Source of the DNA: a virus
Strand: one strand, 5' to 3'
IMG/VR virus record: IMGVR_UViG_3300027742_000003
Length of the DNA stretch: 46,791 nucleotides
Below the pieces are notes generated by a model, which was not told where the DNA came from, ran no database searches, and was given only the letters and a program-made list of their open reading frames with translations. Below, piece after piece: positions 43,593-46,791 of the stretch; the first letter of the stretch is position 1, and every line of letters starts with the position of its first letter. The position numbers and the translations under genes are program-made.

Positions 43593-43988
43593 TCACTCTT
43601 TGGTTTTGTACTTGAACCAATCCCCATCCTTGACAGGCATTGTCTTATCTTCGTCGATATGGTATATCCAAGCACGAACCGTCTCACCACTATCATCAAG
43701 TACAACATCCACCTGACTCCTATTATAAAAAGTTGGGTAGCCCTCTAAGCCATCAAGAGGCCCTGTAAGACCTTGCTCATCAGTGCGGTACACTTCTACT
43801 ACTAAGGGTGTTTCATGGCTGCTGTGTTCCAATGAGACGCTAGGAAACGCACCTAAGGAGTACATGTTGTAGTTGTTTACAGTTTTACCTGTATCAACCA
43901 GCTCAGCATTAGCAAGACCAATAACATGGTGATTACCTAAGCCCTGTCTTAAGCTACCGTACACAGCTACAAGAATATCTTTATCCAC
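43593..43988 (-). CDS. gamma-glutamyl cyclotransferase-like (AIG2/GGCT fold) protein
   Basis: N-terminal VAVYGSLRQGLGNHHVI signature. Confidence 0.7.
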   Translation of the reverse strand: MDKDILVAVYGSLRQGLGNHHVIGLANAELVDTGKTVNNYNMYSLGAFPSVSLEHSSHETPLVVEVYRTDEQGLTGPLDGLEGYPTFYNRSQVDVVLDDSGETVRAWIYHIDEDKTMPVKDGDWFKYKTKE

Positions 43989-44473
43989 TACTTCTCTCCT
44001 AGGGGCTTACAATAAACAGTTTCATAATTAAACAAACCTAATTGGTCTGCTAGCTTAGCATGATTAACAGCGTTCTTAAACGTCACCATCATATGAGAAG
44101 CGCCACGCTTAGTAACATACTCCTCAGCCTTGCTTAATAATGTACGACCAACGCCAGTACCACGGGCGCTTTGAACTACGTAGATAGTGTCCGTAAGGGC
44201 AGTAAGCTCCCCAGTGTGCATTGATGGGCACAAGAACATTGACACATAGCCAAGTATGTCTTCTTGATTACCCTCTTCATCATATTGAATAGCAAGCAAC
44301 CAGAAGTGCATACGATTATCGTCTGCTGCCTTATAAGATTGCCACTGAACATTAAGCTCAGAAGTTTTACGTCTATCGTCTACCTCATCCCACTGATTAA
44401 GAAGAAGTTCATTAAAGCGTGCATTCTTCTCAAGCTCAGATGACTCAACAAATTGATATTTTAAATTACTCAT
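43988..44473 (-). CDS. GNAT-family N-acetyltransferase
   Basis: VVQSARGTGVGRTLLSKAEEYVTKRG (motif A, Q/RxxGxG). Confidence 0.75.
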   Translation of the reverse strand: MSNLKYQFVESSELEKNARFNELLLNQWDEVDDRRKTSELNVQWQSYKAADDNRMHFWLLAIQYDEEGNQEDILGYVSMFLCPSMHTGELTALTDTIYVVQSARGTGVGRTLLSKAEEYVTKRGASHMMVTFKNAVNHAKLADQLGLFNYETVYCKPLGEK

Positions 44474-44930
44474 TACGGAGTTCCTTAAGTTGACCTTGTG
44501 CTTCTTTAAGCTGTTCTTCAAGCTTGTTAACAAGGCACTCTAACTTGTCTTCTTTAGGACAAGGTTCTGGTTTAATACGGTATTCAAAATCTTTATCAAA
44601 TGTAGGCAACATCGTTACCCCCTTATCGTGACAATTTTTAACTGTCAGCCACTTCCCTATAGAGTCTTTAACCTGAATAACCTTACCTTGCATCCAAGCA
44701 ATAACAATATCGTAATGCTTGTAGTAGTTTGAGGTGTCTTCCTCTACAAGAGAAAACCTTTCTTTTGACCAATTATAGTGTAATCCCGACAGCTTCATGT
44801 TGAGGGTTCCCACTATATCAACAACAGTAAACACCTCCCCAGACATAAACCGTCTAGCTATATCTGGCTCAACACAGCTCAAATCCATATCTGTTCTTCG
44901 AACCTTATCACCAACTTTAAAATCACTCAT
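44466..44930 (-). CDS. hypothetical protein (154 aa) inside the ligase operon
   Basis: ATG 6 nt after GGAG, overlapping the ATP-grasp stop. Confidence 0.6.
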   Translation of the reverse strand: MSDFKVGDKVRRTDMDLSCVEPDIARRFMSGEVFTVVDIVGTLNMKLSGLHYNWSKERFSLVEEDTSNYYKHYDIVIAWMQGKVIQVKDSIGKWLTVKNCHDKGVTMLPTFDKDFEYRIKPEPCPKEDKLECLVNKLEEQLKEAQGQLKELRNE

Positions 44931-45720
44931 CACCATCTCCAAACATTGTTTTAAAGCGCTCAGCATAGCCAGTTAAGGTAGAGCCTGTTAAGCCGGGTGC
45001 TGTATTAATTTCCAATACAATTGCATACTCATTGTGCTCGTTATAGATGATGTCAACAGCACCAAAGTCAAGGTTAATAGCTTGAACAGCACGTACTGCT
45101 TGCTCTAACACTTGGTGTGGTGGCTCAACACCCTCATTACGAGCATAGATAAAGCCGTTGTCATGGTTACGTACAAGCCAATTGACCTGCTCATTTGGAA
45201 CACTACGGTCACGAGCCTTACGCTGTACATCCACAACTTCACCATTAAGTACGTGAATACGCCATTCAGACTTCTTCTTAACATACATTACGTACAGTGG
45301 ACAATCTTCTAAAACATCTTCACCAGTTTTAATCTTAATACCAGCGCCAGAGTGCCCGCTTAATTCATGACGTTCAACAACAGTACGCCCTAAGTACAAC
45401 CAACGTTGAGCTTCTCGCTTATCTTTAGTGTGCTGAGGAACCGCTACAGCTTCATCGTGACCGCAATAATTGTTGTATTCTAAAATACTGTCAAAGAATG
45501 CCAGCTTATTAGCTGCAACAGCAACGGCACTAGGCGTATTAATAACGCGACAACTATTAACTTCATCAGGTAGCTTAGTACAACCCCAATTAATAACCGT
45601 CTTTTCTTCATCCCCTGCAAAGCGGCTAGCAGAGCGTCTAATACGTTTTGCATCTAACTCCTCCGATAAAGCCTTAACAGACTTACTTCCAGCTTTGTAT
45701 GGATATATAAATAAAGACAT
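44923..45720 (-). CDS. ATP-grasp ligase (RimK-like, phage type)
   Basis: 265 aa with ...HSGAGIKI..., WRIHVLNGEVV and AIVLEINTAPGL. Confidence 0.8.
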   Translation of the reverse strand: MSLFIYPYKAGSKSVKALSEELDAKRIRRSASRFAGDEEKTVINWGCTKLPDEVNSCRVINTPSAVAVAANKLAFFDSILEYNNYCGHDEAVAVPQHTKDKREAQRWLYLGRTVVERHELSGHSGAGIKIKTGEDVLEDCPLYVMYVKKKSEWRIHVLNGEVVDVQRKARDRSVPNEQVNWLVRNHDNGFIYARNEGVEPPHQVLEQAVRAVQAINLDFGAVDIIYNEHNEYAIVLEINTAPGLTGSTLTGYAERFKTMFGDGDE

Positions 45721-46595
45721 TAGAAATCCTCCATAGGCTCATCAGGCCATTCAATATTAGATGGGAAAGATAACCCACCAATAACTTGTTCATTAAAGCT
45801 GTTCCAATCAACAGCGTGTGCAATAGGTAGTGCATACTCAAGACCAACCTCAAGCTCTGCAACTATATTAACATCATTAAGAAGTTCACCAGCACAATCA
45901 CCAAGCATCTTGTAAACAAAAGACTCAGGAGCTTCCAGTGCCATACTTACTACATCAAGTGGTGACTCAAACGTTTGTGCTTGTTCACGCATGTTGTACA
46001 ACACATTACACCACACCTTAAGAACTTCAAAGTCTGCTGTGCTTCGCATTGCTCGGTACTCAAGAGAGCCATACTTACTCAAAGAGTTTAGGTTTAAGGC
46101 TGAATAACGTATCATACTAGAGGCAAGTGGTCTTAGACTACCCTTTACTATAGACTCTTCAAGAACTTTTGCTTGGTAGTCTGCATCACAAACACGTAAG
46201 CAGAATAGGTTGCCCTCTCTATAAGCCCCACAATAACGTGTTAAGATTGTTTCAAGCAAGTATGTAGACAAGATTAAGTTATACATATGCACAACGTTAA
46301 GCTCTTGAACATTAACATGAACATGCACACCTGCTCTTGGTGTCTCGTAGTAAGCAGAGTTTGACAAAGCTTCCTTAAGGTTGTTTAAGCAAGTGACTGT
46401 CTCATCAAGTGAGCGTGGTTCTCGCATAACATACTCATTAGACTCACCTCTAAGACTGTGGTCAATCTCAGTACGCCAATCATCATTATCAAAGTTTGGC
46501 AGGTTCTCACCCTCAACCTCTACCTCTACACCTAATGCACCAGCCTTAAGCTTGTGGTTGGGCATGTTTAGTTTCTGTGCCACCGTTGGTATCAT
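45720..46595 (-). CDS. Amidoligase_2-like carboxylate-amine ligase (GCS2 / glutamine-synthetase-like fold)
   Basis: GVEVEVEG..., RGESNEYV, AGVHVHVN, GSLEYRAM. Confidence 0.75.
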   Translation of the reverse strand: MIPTVAQKLNMPNHKLKAGALGVEVEVEGENLPNFDNDDWRTEIDHSLRGESNEYVMREPRSLDETVTCLNNLKEALSNSAYYETPRAGVHVHVNVQELNVVHMYNLILSTYLLETILTRYCGAYREGNLFCLRVCDADYQAKVLEESIVKGSLRPLASSMIRYSALNLNSLSKYGSLEYRAMRSTADFEVLKVWCNVLYNMREQAQTFESPLDVVSMALEAPESFVYKMLGDCAGELLNDVNIVAELEVGLEYALPIAHAVDWNSFNEQVIGGLSFPSNIEWPDEPMEDF

Positions 46596-46791
46596 GCGGC
46601 CCCCTGTTCAAGCTTCTTAATAAACATATTTAGGAAAGAGAACTTATCAGACAGCTTATAAGAGCCATCGTCATTAACCTCACCAATCTTACGGAAGTCT
46701 CGGTAGCATAGTGAAATACCTGAACGAGTCTTTTTAAAACAGAACGCTGGCGAGAATGCTACAACCTCCAAATCACCAGCCTTAATCTTAC
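46592..46791 (-). CDS. 3' part of the 174-aa junction-spanning ORF (see 1-424)
   Basis: ...SYKLSDKFSFLNMFIKKLEQGAA-TGA, with an ATGA overlap with the amidoligase start. Confidence 0.6.
   Translation of the reverse strand, partial: KIKAGDLEVVAFSPAFCFKKTRSGISLCYRDFRKIGEVNDDGSYKLSDKFSFLNMFIKKLEQGAA
46693..46791. repeat. 99-bp exact terminal direct repeat, copy 2
   Basis: Identical to positions 1-99. Confidence 0.95.

Overview
The window is a complete, circularly assembled phage genome. The first 99 nt are identical to the last 99 nt, so the unique length is about 46,692 bp. It looks like a lytic T7-supergroup-like podovirus with no phage RNA polymerase and no integrase.

The genome has two arms. 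A plus-strand late arm (8957-31189) carries tail fibre/tailspike, terminase small and large subunits, portal, two tRNAs, scaffold, major capsid, an HNH endonuclease, tubular-tail proteins, three internal virion proteins (one of 1430 aa), an M15 endolysin and a holin-like protein. A minus-strand early/replication arm runs 8574->1 and continues through the junction 46692->31240. It carries small membrane and acidic proteins, tRNA-Arg(CCU), T7 gp4-like primase-helicase, an ECF-type sigma factor, family A DNA polymerase, gp2.5-like SSB, gp6-like 5'-3' exonuclease, a second HNH, DUF5664-like and DUF1937-like nucleotide enzymes, and a DEDD exonuclease. The arms diverge at 8575-8956 and converge on a GC hairpin at 31194-31230.

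The most interesting content:
1. A translationally coupled operon crosses the contig junction. It encodes three different carboxylate-amine ligases (ATP-grasp, Amidoligase_2-like, phiEco32-type COOH-NH2 ligase), an Ntn glutamine amidotransferase, a GNAT, a GGCT-like cyclotransferase and several unknown proteins. Its product or target is unknown.
2. A region of about 0.9-1.5 kb (7423-8956) is ORF-free, helix-rich and repeat-rich. It may be a large structured RNA or leader, an origin, or the physical genome end.
3. A promoter-like repeat family (R1/R2/R3) has one copy pointing antisense into the early arm.
4. A shared G-quadruplex-type motif occurs in two ORF-free regions.
5. Two replication genes have conserved N-termini that lie upstream of any canonical start codon.

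All functional calls come from motif recognition by eye. No database searches were run.
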